A stretch of DNA of 64,000 nt from the human T2T-CHM13v2.0 reference genome, Homo sapiens (GCF_009914755.1 NC_060927.1), one strand, 5' to 3'. Shown: positions 1 to 13,550, counted from the stretch's first letter. Notes: generated by a model not told the origin, from the letters alone. Translations and numbers: made by a program.

Positions 1-904
1 AAAACTGTCCTATTTAATTAAAAAGAAAGTCACTTTTTCTAAAATAGAAAAACTTTATTGGTTTTTATAAGGTAAATTTAAATTAGTCTTGCCCCATGGC
101 AGTCTAGAAAAATTAGATGTCTCATTTATCTTCATAAAGACCGAACACTTTCAACAGAGCAACCATTATTTGCACAGAAAATAAAGCTATTATTTTATAA
201 CTATGCTCCAGTAGTTGCCAAACATCTTTAAAGTGACCTTACAATTAAATTGTTATCTTTTTTATGAACTTTCACAATACACCCTTTGATGTGAGCGTTG
301 GACTGTTTCTTAGACGTGTTATTTCTATTTCCTTACAATCTGCTTAGTAAAGAAGAGCACATAGGGTTAAATGAGGAAAATACAGTTGTGAGAATTCAAA
401 ATTTGTTCTTTTAGTGTGATTCTGCCTTTATGCAGCTTGTTTGACTTACCTGGTGCTCACGTCATCTTTAAAAGGAGGAATTTGGACTAAGATTCCTTTG
501 AATCCTAGGTTGCTAAACTGTTCTAACAACCATACTGGTTTAAGTGTTTAACAGGACTCAGACTGACCTTGGCCCTATTTTCTTTTATTTTCTTCTTCTT
601 TTTTTAAAACTAAATATTGCTTTAAATTCTTTCAGTCAACATTTTTTTAGAACCACAAACTAAGCAACTATAAATTATATTTAGTTATTTACAGAATGCA
701 GGTTACGCCATTATTAGGAATACATGCATTTGTGAGTCACTCATATTTGCTATCAAATTGCTAATATGATATATATATAAATAGTATGATTTATATCTCC
801 TGTGCATTTGTTACATGTGTGTATGTTCAGTAAAATGTAAAAATTTATTTAAAAATATCAATTTATTGTGTTCATAAATTGAAAGACTCAAATAGTACAT
901 ATAT

Positions 905-1860
905 ATTAGAGTAACAGGAGAACTGCTGACAATTCCATGTGCTGACAAGAATGTAGAGCAACAGAAACTCTCATGCATTACTGCTGAAAATGCAAAATGT
1001 TATAGCCACTCTGGAAAATAGTTTGGTATTTCTTATAAATTAAAACATAAATGCACCAAATGATGCAGCAATTTTACTTGTAGATATTTACTCTAAAGAA
1101 ACGAAACCTTATATTCTCAAAGAAAATGTGGCACATATACACCATGGAATATTATGCAGCCATAAAAAGAATGAGTTCTTGTCCTTTGCAGGGACATGGA
1201 TGAAGCTGGAAACCATCATCCTCAGCAAACTAACACAGGAACAGAAAACCAAACACCGCATGTTCTCACTCATAAGTGGGAGTTAAACAGTGAGAACACA
1301 TGGACACAGGGAGGGGAACATCGAGGGGTGGGGGATAAGGGGAGGCAGAGCAGTAAGACAAATACCTAATACATGTGGGGTTTAAAACCTAGATGACTGG
1401 TTGATAGGTGCAGCAAACCACCATGGCACATGTGTACCTATGTAAAAAACATGCACGTTCTGCACATGTATTTCAGAACTTAAAAAAAAAGAAAGAAAAA
1501 ACAAAGAAAGCATTTATATGGTGACTTTCTTCATAATTGCTCAAAACAGGAAACAAAACAAATGTCCTTTAATGGAAAAACAAATGGTGAAGCATCTGTA
1601 TAATGAAATTCAATACAGCTAAAATTAACTGAAAAGTTGGATGACTCTCCAAAGCTGTATAATGAGCAAAGCAAGCCAGTCTAAAAAGGTCATATACATT
1701 GTGATTTCATTTTTATGACATTTTCCAAACGACAAAGCTGTAGTGATGGAGAATTCATTATTGGTTGCCAGTAAGAGGAAGATGTGGATGCAAGGGATAG
1801 CAAGAGTGAGTTATTTTGGATGAAGGAACAGTTTTGCATTATGATTGTAATAGTGGTTTA
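905..1860 (+). mobile_element. Old L1M 3' region fragment, interrupted by a younger L1PA insertion
   Basis: Typical L1 late ORF2/3'UTR motifs (gctgacaagaatgtagagcaacagaaactctca...gccactctggaaaatagtttgg), resuming after ~1500 (cttcataattgctcaaaacaggaaac). Confidence 0.75.
1119..1500 (+). mobile_element. 5'-truncated L1PA (about L1PA7-10) 3' end with A-rich tail
   Basis: agaaaatgtggcacatatacaccatggaat...ggtgcagcaaaccaccatggcaca...cagaacttaaaaaaa matches the primate L1 3' end. Confidence 0.9.
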
Positions 1861-1912
1861 CTAAATCACTCCCTTCATGAGGGGTGGGGATTCCTAAGTC
1901 ACTCCCCTCCAT

Positions 1913-2557
1913 GAGGGGCGGGGTTCTCATAGAAAATCTCTGATAGGGCAGTGCAGAAGGGAAACGTGGGGTCTGAGCCCCCACACAAAGTCTCTACTAG
2001 GGCACTGCATAGTAGGGCTATGAGAAGAGGGCCACCGTCCTACAGACCCCAGAATGGTAGATCCAGTGACAGCTTGCACGGTGTGCCTGGAAAAGCTGCA
2101 GACACTCAACACCACCCCGTGAAAGCAGCCGGGAGAGAGGCTGTACCCTGCAAAGCCACAGGGGTGGAGCTGCCCAAAATACTGGAACCCACGTCTTACA
2201 TCAGCGTGACCTGGATGTGAGACCTGGAATCAAAGGAGATCATTTTAGAGCTTTAAGATTTGACTGTCTCAATGGATTTTGGACTTGTGAGGACTGTAAC
2301 CCCTTTGTTTTGGCCAATTTCTCCCATTTGGAATGGCTGTATTTACCCAATGCCTGGACCCCCACTGTATCTAGGAAATAACTAACCTGCTTTTGATTTT
2401 ACAGACACATAGGTGGAAGGGACTTGGCTTGTCTCAGATGAGACTTTGGATTGTGGACTTTTGAGTTAATGCTGAATTAAGACTTTGGGGGACTGTGGGG
2501 AAAGCATAAGGTTTTGAAATGTGAGGATGTGAGGTTTGGGAGGGGCCAGGGACAGAA
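1913..2557 (+). mobile_element. THE1 internal sequence (3' part only; 5' LTR missing)
   Basis: agggcagtgcagaagggaaacgtgggg...gggaggggccagggacagaa (purine tract) directly abutting a THE1 LTR. Confidence 0.9.
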
Positions 2558-2912
2558 TGATATCATTTGGCTGTGTCCCCACCCCAATCTCATCTTGAAT
2601 TACCACATGTTGTGGGAGGGACCAAATGGGATGTAATTTAATCATGGGGACAAGTCTCTCCCATTCTGTTCTCATGACAGTGAATAAGTCTCACAAGATC
2701 TGATGGTTTTAAAAAGAGGAAATCACCTGCACAAGCTCCTCTCTTTGCCTGCCTCCATCCACATAAGGTGTGACTTGCTTCTCCTTGCCTTCTGCCATTA
2801 TTGTGAAGCTTCCCCAGCCACGTGGAACTGTAAGTCCAATAAACCTCTTTTTTTTGTCAATTGCCCAGTCTCAGGTATGTCATTATCAGGAGGGTGACAA
2901 CGAACTAATACA
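2558..2912 (+). mobile_element. THE1 (THE1A-like) MaLR LTR
   Basis: TGATATCATTTGGCTGTGTCCCC...AACTAATACA termini, 355 bp, internal AATAAA. Confidence 0.92.
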
Positions 2913-3189
2913 GACCTGCTATATTTTTACATTAGTTAAAAAAATAATATAATTGTAAACTTTATGTATTTTATACTTGGCAATTGTACTTATAATTGAA
3001 TCTACTTACTGGTTATCATTGGCCAATCAATTGATTGTTAAGTAGCACTCAGTTTAAGTAATGCTTTAAAAAAATCTTATTTCACTTTTTATGTAAAGAG
3101 ATAATTTTTGAGAAGGTTACTATGTTTAAACTGCATTTGCATAGAATGCATTTACTTTGTATTGTCTATTTGATTATTTTATTTTAAAA

Positions 3190-3296
3190 TCATTTTTATT
3201 TTAATTGACAATTAAAAATTGCACATATTTATCACATACATATTGTTTTAAAAAACCTATACATTGTGAAACGGCTTAATTGAGGTAATTAACAGA
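3190..3296 (-). mobile_element. L1MA-type 3' end fragment
   Basis: ttttattttaattgacaattaaaaattgcacatattt...tacattgtgaaacggc is the reverse complement of an L1MA terminus. Confidence 0.6.
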
Positions 3297-4515
3297 TAGA
3301 TATGGGATAACTTTTAAATTGTTGTCGAACAGAAAACAACCTAGTTTAAAGGAACACATTTAAAACATTTGGCAAATATAAAAACTTTTATTAATAAATT
3401 TACTTATATTTTTAAACATTTTACTTTGCTTTTAAAAATATGAAAATAATTTATAAAAATATTATTGAATTACACAATTTAAATTTTGCATTTAGATTTT
3501 TAAAATATACTGGTTAAATATAAATGAAAAACAGTTTATCTTTCATTGAAATTTTATAACAAGGGACTTTAGAGAGGACAAAATACACAAAGATTTCTAA
3601 TGTTACAGTGTTTTGAAAAGGAAATCATGATCATAATATATAGTGTATTTCTCTCTCTAGAAACAACAATAAAACTTTTTTCTAAATTACTTAGAGACAA
3701 ATTAGATGTTCAGATTAAATATCCCACCTTTCCAATGAAAGTGGCAAAATATTAATTGTTAAATATTCCAGGAATTTTTCCAAGCTGTTCTAATTATATT
3801 GTAGATATTGCAAACAAGAAAATGTTGGATTATGAAAGAACTTTTACTTGTTCTGAAGAAAAGTGTGTTTCTTAAAATACACTTGGTGCAATTTCAAATT
3901 TTATTTTCTAAAGATAAAATTGCAGACAAGATTTTGTTACATAATGGCCACCACCAGCATCTAATTAGCATTAAGTTTTCTTTAATTACAGTTTCCCTCA
4001 TATAGACCCCAATATCAAATAGCAATGTTTTCCTTGCTTGCATAGTAACTTGAAAGCTCCTAAATGGTAAGTAGTAAGGTTATAGCATATTGAGAATACT
4101 TTATAACACAATGGTTGATTTATAGCATAGGAATAATTACCCTTGTTTTTAAGTCATATGTAAGTTTTATTCTTTTAACTATGAATAGTTTCTATGTATT
4201 TTTCTTGTTTTTTTTCTTATAATCTCACTCTAATTTTAGCTCTTCTATCTCTTCTTCAACTAATCTGTCTCATAGGTAGTATCATATAACTTTTGAACAC
4301 ATTATTATGATAGAAAAGACATGTATGTTGACTCCAACTTTAATTTTCAATTTTATCTTGGTCTTCTACTTGAGGAATCCCTAGATCCAAAATATTGTGC
4401 TCATTATTAATGACTTTCTCTTTCTTGTTCACTTTCAAAAGTGTTTATGATTTTATACCTAGTTTTATTTTCTTAATGCTTCTTTCATCTCTGCCTTCCT
4501 CTTTTCAGTTGGTAC

Positions 4516-4572
4516 TTTTGTTTTTGTTTTTGTTTTGAGACAGAGTGTTACTCTGTCATCCAGGCTGGAGTG
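4516..4572 (-). mobile_element. Very short Alu 3'-end fragment
   Basis: (TTTTG)n followed by gagacagagtgttactctgtcatccaggctggagtg. Confidence 0.8.
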
Positions 4573-4909
4573 TCTGCCTTCCTTTCTGTTTTCACAGCCA
4601 CACTCCTAAATTAGAGTTTTACTGTCTATTTTCTGCTTCTTCACTATCTCTCTTTTTCTCTCTCCCTCTCCCTCTCCTCCTCTTTTTTCATCTCTCCAAA
4701 CTGAGTAAAATCTAATTATAAACACTTTTGCTAAATTATATATTTGTGAGAGACCAAATGGTTTTGCAAAACATATTCAGAATATCTAAAAACCAATTGT
4801 AAAACTTTCATAATTAATAATAGAATTGGGTAAATAGGGCAGATAAAACAGCAATAAAAATTACTGATCTTCCTGTACCAAAATAACGAATTAGAAAATG
4901 TAATAAAAA

Positions 4910-6674
4910 TGTTATTGGGAATTCTGCATTGTGATGGACCCTATAACTGAGCAGGTCAACAGAGCTGAAGCTCTGGACCAGCAATCTTGGTTCTTGTGAT
5001 AGTGAGCAAAGAATTGCAAACTGACACCAAAATGCAAGCTTAAAGAGACATTTATTGAAGCACAGTATTATACTCTCAGAGAGTGGATTGATTTCTGTGA
5101 AGTGAAATCATCCCCTCTTTACAATTAGGGGGTTTTTATGAGGGTTTTGTTGGGAGGAGTTGAGGTTTCAGCAGTGTCTGAGTGACAGGATGATGTCATT
5201 TGATTGGCAGTTTTTATGGTTACATAGCTAAATCAAACTGTGCATGTTCTTGCCCGTAAGTCATTAAGACAATCCCACTAGGGAGCATGTTTCGGGAGAA
5301 CCAGCCCCCAGTAATTCAGCATAGGTTCTTTTCTATTTTCCCTAAGTTTCAGCCAGTCTGAGAAATAAAGAGAAACAGTACAAAGGAGAAATTTTACAGC
5401 TGGGCCTCTGGGGGTGGCATCACATGTCGGCAGGTTCTGTGATGCCCCCTGAGCCGCAAAACCAGCAAGTTTTTATTAGGGATTTCAAAAGGGGAGGGGT
5501 GTACGAATAGGGAGTGGGTCACAGAGATCACATGCTTCAAAAGGCAATAAAAGATCACAAGGCAAATGGCAGAGCAAGATCACAAGTCCAGGGCGAACTT
5601 AGAATTGTTGATGAGGTTCTATGTCCTGCTGGGCACGCATTGTCATTGATAAACATCTTAACATGAAACAGAGTTCGAGAGCAGACAACCAGTCTGACTA
5701 GGATTCTCCAGGCTGGCATTTCCTAATCCTAGGAAACCTGAGGGCACTGCAGGAGACCAGGGCATATTTCATCCCTTATCTTCAACCACATAAGACAGAC
5801 ACTCCTAGAGCAGCCATTTTAGAGACCACTCCCTGGGAATGCATTCCTTTCCTGAAGTTATTCCTTGCTGGGAAAATAATTCAGCGATATTTCTCCTATT
5901 TGCTTTCTGCAAGAAGAGAAATATGACTCTGTTCTGCCTGGCCCTGCAGGCAGTCAGACCTTGTGGTTATCTCCCTTGTTCCCTGAAAATTGCTGTTATC
6001 TTGTTCCTTTTTAGGATGCCCAGATTTCATATTGTTCAAACACACGTTTTACAAACAATTTGTGCTGTTAACGCAATCATCACAGAGTCCTGAGGTGACA
6101 TACATCTTCAGCTTATAAAATGATGAGATTAAGAGATTAAAGTAAAGACAGGCATAGGAAATTATAAAAGTATTGATTGGGGAAGTGATAAATGTCCATG
6201 AAATCTTCACAATTTATGTTCAGAGACTGCAGTAAAGACAGGCGTAAGAAGTTATAAAAGTATTAATTTGGGGAACTAAAAAACATCCATGAAATCTTCA
6301 CAATTTATGTTCTTCTGCTGTGGCTTCAGCTGGTCCCTCTGTTTGGGGTCCCTGACTTCCCGCAACAAGCGTGGTATAACCACATTTAAATTTTATTATA
6401 TTGATGGCATAATGAGCTTGAAGTGAACCTGAGGACACAGTTCTATGCTACTGGGCATTTGCCACTTTAGGGGATTTCCACCTGTGACCTAGTTTCTCTT
6501 TCTACAAGATGTGCTGGCCACGGACTCTACCACAAACTCCACTTGTTAGGGAGTTTAGGGTGGGCGGTTCTGGGGCTGAACTTAAGTGGACCATGGCCTG
6601 CTGTTTTAGGGACAGCCTTTCTGCTCTCTTCTTTACCCCCTCCCAGCTGCTAATGTCTATCTAACCACTTGACA
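4910..6674 (-). mobile_element. Solo ERV1-class LTR (MER4-group-like), split by MER11 and itself inserted in an old L1 ORF2 fragment
   Basis: TG...CA termini (tgttattggg / ccacttgaca) in an A-run; minus-strand start tgtcaagtggttagatagacattagcag resembles MER50/MER4-group LTRs; L1-like flanks join up across it. Confidence 0.6.
5290..6367 (-). mobile_element. MER11 (HERV-K11/HML-8) solo LTR, about 1.08 kb
   Basis: Minus strand starts TGTTGCGGGAAGTCAGGGACCCC; 6-bp TSD agcatg (5284-5289) / agcgtg (6368-6373); internal ~90-bp duplication at about 6142-6312. Confidence 0.93.
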
Positions 6675-6769
6675 AAAATACTTTCACAACAATGAAAAAG
6701 TAGTAATACTTAGGAATATGCATTAATGTATTGTGAGACATAACTGAATAAAATTTATATTTTACTATT

Positions 6770-6950
6770 TGAAGCTTTGCTATATATTAACTCTATGATC
6801 TTAGCAAAGTTATTTGAATACTTTAAGTTTTAGCTTCTTCACATATAAAGATAGAACTGATGGTTTCTATCTCAATGAACAGTTGTAGAGATTTAAAAAA
6901 GAGAATTATAATAGTTCAACATATATCTTTATCTGCTAAAAACAAAATCA
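6770..6950 (+). mobile_element. MIR
   Basis: Degenerate MIR core: tatgatcttagcaaagttatttgaa...gttttagcttcttcacatataaa. Confidence 0.6.
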
Positions 6951-9549
6951 GTGCTTGCAGAGGTAACATTATATCTCAAGCTGATTTTCTGGTGACAGAG
7001 AGTGTTTTTGACTCTTATCTAAAGAAGTATTATTCTTTTGAACAACTCTAAGAATAACTTTTGAAACTGTAACAATTTAAAGGGGTTTAAACCAAATTTG
7101 GGACTATGTTCAACTTTACCTTCCTATAATTCTCATGCCAAGTAATAATTGAGATCTTTTAAAATGTTTTCTTTTTTTAAATTCTTAAATTTTATATCAT
7201 TTAAAAATGAAAATGGCAGTTTGGAATAGTAGAAGATAAAGATTAAAGATACCAATTTAAAGTAAATTGGTAGAAATTCTTTAGGAAAATCTATGGCAGT
7301 ACATTAGAGGAGATTTAGATATCCTTACACTTGACTGTGTCAGATTTGCTTGGAGAAACTTACCGAAAGAACATAACGAAAATATTTTAAAATGAAGAGT
7401 TACTTATAAAGTTCAATATATGGAAGACAAAAAATCCACTAATAATGTCTCATCATATAAATGACAGTACATATTTCAGAAAAGATTAAATATGCATAAC
7501 CATTTATTGTGAACACCTTTTAACAACACGGGCACCACACACACATTCACATGCGCATATGCTCCCCCCGACCCCCCCTGGACACACACACAAACATTAC
7601 CATGAGATTACAGAGACATTATGAGCATTATTACTGTGATTATTTCTATCTAAAATATTCATGTGTCACCCGTAGAACAATAAGAAAGAATAAAAATAGT
7701 CATATGAACAAGTGTTATCCAAGCTGTGTTTTTTTTCAATAATCTATACAATTATTAAGATCTTTAACATTAACTTCTTATGATTAAATAAAAGAATGCT
7801 ATATAGTTTGGGGCAACTGCAAACTACTCCATGTATAGCCACCCTGAATTTGGTGTCTCAAAACCCTGTGGTTCTAACCAATATTCCCGCTTTCTTGCAT
7901 TTGCATTCACCAACTTACTTTGCAAACTACTTCTAAAACGTATTGCTATAAATTGGGTAAATATCATTGACATTTCCTTATTTGAGTTTCTTAAGAAACT
8001 GCCACAGGTCTAGCATATTCACTTTAAATTTTACACACTGATCATGACTTCACTAAAACGGCTTTGTTTCTCTTCATCTCAGTAATTTTTTCTCTTTCTC
8101 TACTATGTGGGCTCCATACTTAATATATATATTTTTAATTTACTATGTTTATTGTCTCCAAGTTTTGGCATAAGAAATTTCCCTCTCCTGCAATGACTTT
8201 TCTCTAATACATGTTCTTTCACTTATTCAAGGAACTTTCCTCATAATAGTGCTTAATACTTAAATATCCATCCTACTTATATCTAATGTTGGATATAAAG
8301 TGGAATAATATTCATTCTATATAAATGTTCTTTCGTCTTCTTCCCAGAGAGTAAATTTCCAATTTTATTGTAAGCTCTAAGTTGCCAGACACCAAGCCTA
8401 GTTTTGTTTATACCTGCCACTGTGTTCTGATACATTGAAATCTTACTAAATGGAGTGAAACATTTTGTGCAATAACCTAATAATCATCCAGTTAATGTAC
8501 AACTTCAGTTGAAGCTTTATCTGTGCTGTCACATCATCTTGCAAATCCCTGAGACCCTGTATACTTGTTACCTTTTTATCTGTCAGAGATTTGGCTACAA
8601 CTCGTAATCCCATTGATTTCTAGAGTTGTTTTGTCTGCTAGTTGGATATCTTCATCCTGGAAGCAATACATGAGTGAAATGCTCTTTTTCAGATCAAAGT
8701 GTAACAGTAGATAAGCTCACTTTCCAAGACTGCTTAAGAAGCTCTCAAATTCCACAGTATTAATCTTAGTTTGATGATTTTGACTTGTTACAGAAATTTA
8801 CATCATATTTCCCAGAAATGTTCTTATCACTCATACCCTATGAATATTAAAAATGTCTAAAGCCTTGACATTTTTATTTGCATTGTTTCTACTTTGACAC
8901 AAATATTAATGTTTCTTTGGTTATTATGTAGAAAATAATAACTGTATGTGATGCTCAAACATAACTAGAGACTTGAACCCAATTTGTACAGATGATTGCC
9001 TGAAAGGAATAGAGGTGTTAACGAATACAAGCTAAAGTCATACAGCTTCCAAAATGTTTTACCAATTACTACAAATCCTTAAAAGCTTACAAGTCAAAAT
9101 TTCATGGTTCAAATGTCAAATGTAAATTGTGTTTTTCATTCTCACTTTTCCATTGTTGTTGTTTTTATAATTTAATGAAGGTTATTCAGCAAGGCTAAAT
9201 AGAGTTATATGTTATTTTTTTGAGAGTTAACAATTGGGGAAAATTACAGTTTTTCGACGAATTTAAGGCATTGTTTTGAGATTCATTGACTATGTTTAAC
9301 TAAGAGAAAACCAATGACTATTTATTGTTAAGCATAAGCCTCTCCGCTTTTTGGTTTAGTATCCCCTACAGGAAATCATTTGATCCTGCCCTACTCCACT
9401 GTTACTGTTTCACACAAGATTGCCTTCTCACTCTCTATCTACTTTACCTCCAAGGTTAGAGGAGTGTTAAAGTGCCAGGCACGTTAAATAAATAGCTACT
9501 CAGATCATTATATGTATCCTTCTCTCTAACTCTCCTCTAATTTCTAGTA

Positions 9550-9894
9550 CAAACAGTCCCTGACTTACGGTGTCTCTACTTATTATTTTGCAACTTTAAA
9601 TCATAGGGGAAGGTTGCAATTTCAATGTACCTCAAATTTTGAATTTTAATATTTTCCTGGGATAGTAATATGTAGTACATGAGATTCAACACTTAATTAT
9701 AAAACAGCCTACAGTTAGGCAAAATCATCCAACACAAAGCCTAATGTAAGTGCTCTGAGCACATTTAAGGTAGGCTAGGCTGAACTATGATGTGATGTAG
9801 ATTAAGTGTATTCAATTCATTTCATACATAAAATATTTTCAACTTACAATGAGTTTCTTGGGATATAAGCCCATTGTAAGCCAAGAAGCATCTG
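9550..9894 (-). mobile_element. MER47 (Tigger5-derived non-autonomous element)
   Basis: TA-flanked; ends ...gtaagccaagaagcatctg|ta and ta|caaacagtccctgacttacg match the recalled MER47 termini. Confidence 0.85.
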
Positions 9895-10387
9895 TATTTT
9901 AATGATCACATATAGCTTATTTATTCTTTTTATTTTTTTTAACCCCCATCTGTCTTCCTTCAATTAAATTCTATTGGACCCATTCCAACTGTGAGTAAGC
10001 TTCCCAATCAATATGGTTCATTTGGTTTCAATATTCCTTTCTTTCTTATCAAACTTGAAAATAAAGTTATCCCCAGTAGTGCTATATCTAAAAACTCTTA
10101 AACTGAATTACTAATATTATTTTACAATAATATTTTACAAGACTCCAAAGGTCCAAATTTATTTTTCCTTGCCCATTATATTTGAACATCTTTGTTCTAC
10201 ATTTTCTGCTTATTAGTACCATTTTGCTTATTAATAACAAAGCCTCACTTTTCATTTTTGAAACCCTGTGTTTTAGCAAAATAAAAAGATAACTGTTCAT
10301 ATTTGCACTTACTGTGTATCCAATACTATTCTACAAAGGACACTTTATTATTCAGTTATATACACACATATGTAAATACGAACTAAA

Positions 10388-10689
<302 letters not shown>

Positions 10690-10714
10690 TTATACCCTCA
10701 TGTTTTGGAAGTTT

Positions 10715-10900
10715 GGACAGTGATTTTGATCCTAACTTGGCCATTCACTAGCATTCTAACCAATAGTAACTATATGTAACGATTCTGCATCTTAATTATT
10801 TTTTATATAAAAAATAAAGATGATATTTATATCTGCCTCAACCTCCCCACATTATTTTTTATAGAGATCAAATAAGAGAATATATATAATACAATTTAAA
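10715..10900 (+). mobile_element. MIR (degenerate)
   Basis: ttgatcctaacttggccattcactagc...agagatcaaataagagaa. Confidence 0.5.
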
Positions 10901-11619
10901 AATTTAAAGTATAAAGCATACAAATCTTAATATTTGGAAAAAAAATAAATACCCTACTACTGATGAACTCTCATGAATCAGAATACTACAAAAATACATA
11001 TGTGCTACTCATACCTGTAGTACCACCCTATCACAGTGTTATTAAGGACAGCCTCTAGCAGGAGAGTCTTTGTGTATTGAACTACGTTTTTATTAGTTTT
11101 CTGACATGAAACCAAAGCCACTGTAATGCTTTTTAGATGATAGTCAAAATTTCCCTGTCTCTAGTCCCTCATATTCATTCTCTTGTTACTCAATTAACAG
11201 CACTTTTTCCCAACTCTTCTTTTCTAGTAGCTTATTCTTTATTCTCATCTTTTAACTCAAACACTGAGATATGGTTATTCACTTATTATAAAGTGGTCTA
11301 TTATGAATTAGCTATTTGATCTTGGATACTAGATCTGTCCCATTTTTCCTTTCCATTTTAAGGAAATCCTTTCCCTCATTAATTTCCTCTGAAAGCTAAT
11401 TACAACCCCTCTCCTCAATATTGTGCCTCTAATTATTTTCTTATTTAAAGTGACTAGCAGCTATTATATACTGTTCCATAGCTTCCTGGTCACAGAAGTT
11501 AGGAGAATTAGAAAGTGGTTTGTGTTTCTTGAATGGGAATTCTGTGTTTCCTAAAAATATGGATATTCTGTTACTTTTGCAGTATCACCTAATTACTGTA
11601 TCAATTGATGTGAATTTGT

Positions 11620-11812
11620 TAGAAATCTGGGTTCAAATCCAGTATCTTTCACTTTCAAATAATCAGACAAATTGCTTAATACTTCTATAACTTAATTCCT
11701 TTATCTGAAAAAATGAGGACCTACTTCTTAGGGTTATAAGGAGAACTAAAAAAATTTTTTTTACATTATGTATTGAAATTATTCTAGGCACATATTAAAG
11801 AATCAATGAATT
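11620..11812 (+). mobile_element. MIR
   Basis: ctgggttcaaatcc...ttatctgaaaaaatgagg...ctaggcacata. Confidence 0.7.
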
Positions 11813-12337
11813 CTTGTGCTTTTACTTCACCATTACAGAAAAGAAAGATCCCAGAACACAAATAAATTTATGTTTGTTTTAGCCATGGAATTTTTAAAAT
11901 TATTTTCTTAGGAATATGTATATACAAAACCTATTATTGAAAACCGTTCTCAAAAACATATGGTCTGGGTTATATAAATCCATTTGGCTTTCTAAATTTT
12001 TCTTCACATTGAAGCCTATTCTATAAAGTGGTCCCTGAGATATGTCTGCAAGAATCCTAATATCTACTTACACAAAAAATATTTGTAAAAAATAGTTTTG
12101 ATGCTTTTCAATAATTTTATATTCATTTATATATGTATGTATGCATATGTGCATATATAGGTTTATTCACTTATAATATTATTTACTAAACACTTCTTGA
12201 TCTTAGGAAGTATGTTTGTCCTTAAGAATATGAGAAATTAATACATTTTTATAAATCTAGGTAACTTAATATCTAATGGGAGAGACATAATCTGTCTCTA
12301 TATACCTATGTAGCTATCTATCTACTTTATGACCTAT

Positions 12338-12410
12338 TGTCAGAAGTGGTTGAACCAGAGCAACTCCATCTTGAATAGGGGCTGGATAAAACAAGGGTGA
12401 AACTTACTGG
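12338..12410 (+). mobile_element. MER41 LTR 5' fragment
   Basis: TGTCAGAAGTGGTTGAACCAGAGCAACTCCATCTTGAATAGGGGCTGG matches the MER41 start. Confidence 0.85.
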
Positions 12411-12519
12411 TTTCCTAGAGATTTAGTATCTAGAGGTTTCGTGTCTAGAGGTTAAATTTCAAAATATTTAAACATACTATGACTTTGTGATTTAGGAGAT
12501 ACACTTTAATATGTGTCTC

Positions 12520-13550
12520 GTAAGAACAAGAACAATATATAAAGAATCCATATACATATTCTTCACTAAGATTCCTCAATAGTTAATATTTTGCCAGTGG
12601 GCTTTGTAATTTTCTCCATATATAATCATATTATTATTTTTTCTGAATCATTTGAGAGCAAGTTACAAAAATGATATGACTTCACTCCCCAATCTTCAGT
12701 GTATTTCACTAGAACAAAAAGAGTCTCTTATATAATCTAAGTATAAAACTCTAATGTCTTACTATTTATTATCTAATTTATAGACCTTAATCAAAGCTTA
12801 CTGATTGTCCCAATACTGGCCTTCATTAAAAAATCTACCAAGTTTCCAATTAAGGATGACATATGTTATGTTATTTGTCATGTTTCTTTAGCCTACTTTA
12901 ATCTGGAACAGTTAGTCCTTCTTTATCTCTCATAAGCTTGCATTCAGGGACTAATCCCTATAACGTTAACATTGACATTTTTATGTGTGCAAGCCAGTTA
13001 TTTGTAGAGTGAAGCTCAATTTGGGTTGATCTGATGTTGGAAGACCATAGGTGAGATGCTGCACTCTTCTCAGCGCATCTATAATGGAGAATATGATTTT
13101 TTTTTCATTACTGGTGATCTTCACTTTGATCATATCTTTGCTATAAAGTTATTTCCTTCTCTTTGCTATTTAAAAGTAGTTTTTGGGGAAACACTTTCAG
13201 GCTGTATAAATACATTATTCTTCACCAAACGTTTCCCCTCTAATTATAACATCCATTGATAGTCCTTGCTGAGTAAGTTTTTATAATAAAAAATTACAAG
13301 TAATGATTTACTATGTCTTTCATTATACTTTTTCCACTGGTATCCTAATTAAAAGATGATATTTTCTTTATCCTTCTATTTGTTAATTTACTAATTTACA
13401 TATTTTGGGACTCATGACTTCCTATTTAATTAAACTGGTTATATGTAGCATTTCTGATGAAATAGGTATTCCTGGCTTTTCTTGTATTTTCCCTACCTAG
13501 CCAACAGAGTCAGTCATCAAAGTCAGTCATTTCTCCCAATAGCCTTGGGG
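12520..13550 (-). mobile_element. Old L1 (L1ME/L1MC-type) 3' region
   Basis: Characteristic reverse-complement L1M 3' motifs (gttaatattttgcc, catttgagagcaagttac, cagtcatttctcc). Confidence 0.6.

Noticed and set aside
6142-6312. About 90-bp direct repeat
   Set aside because: Intrinsic feature of MER11 LTRs as far as I recall.
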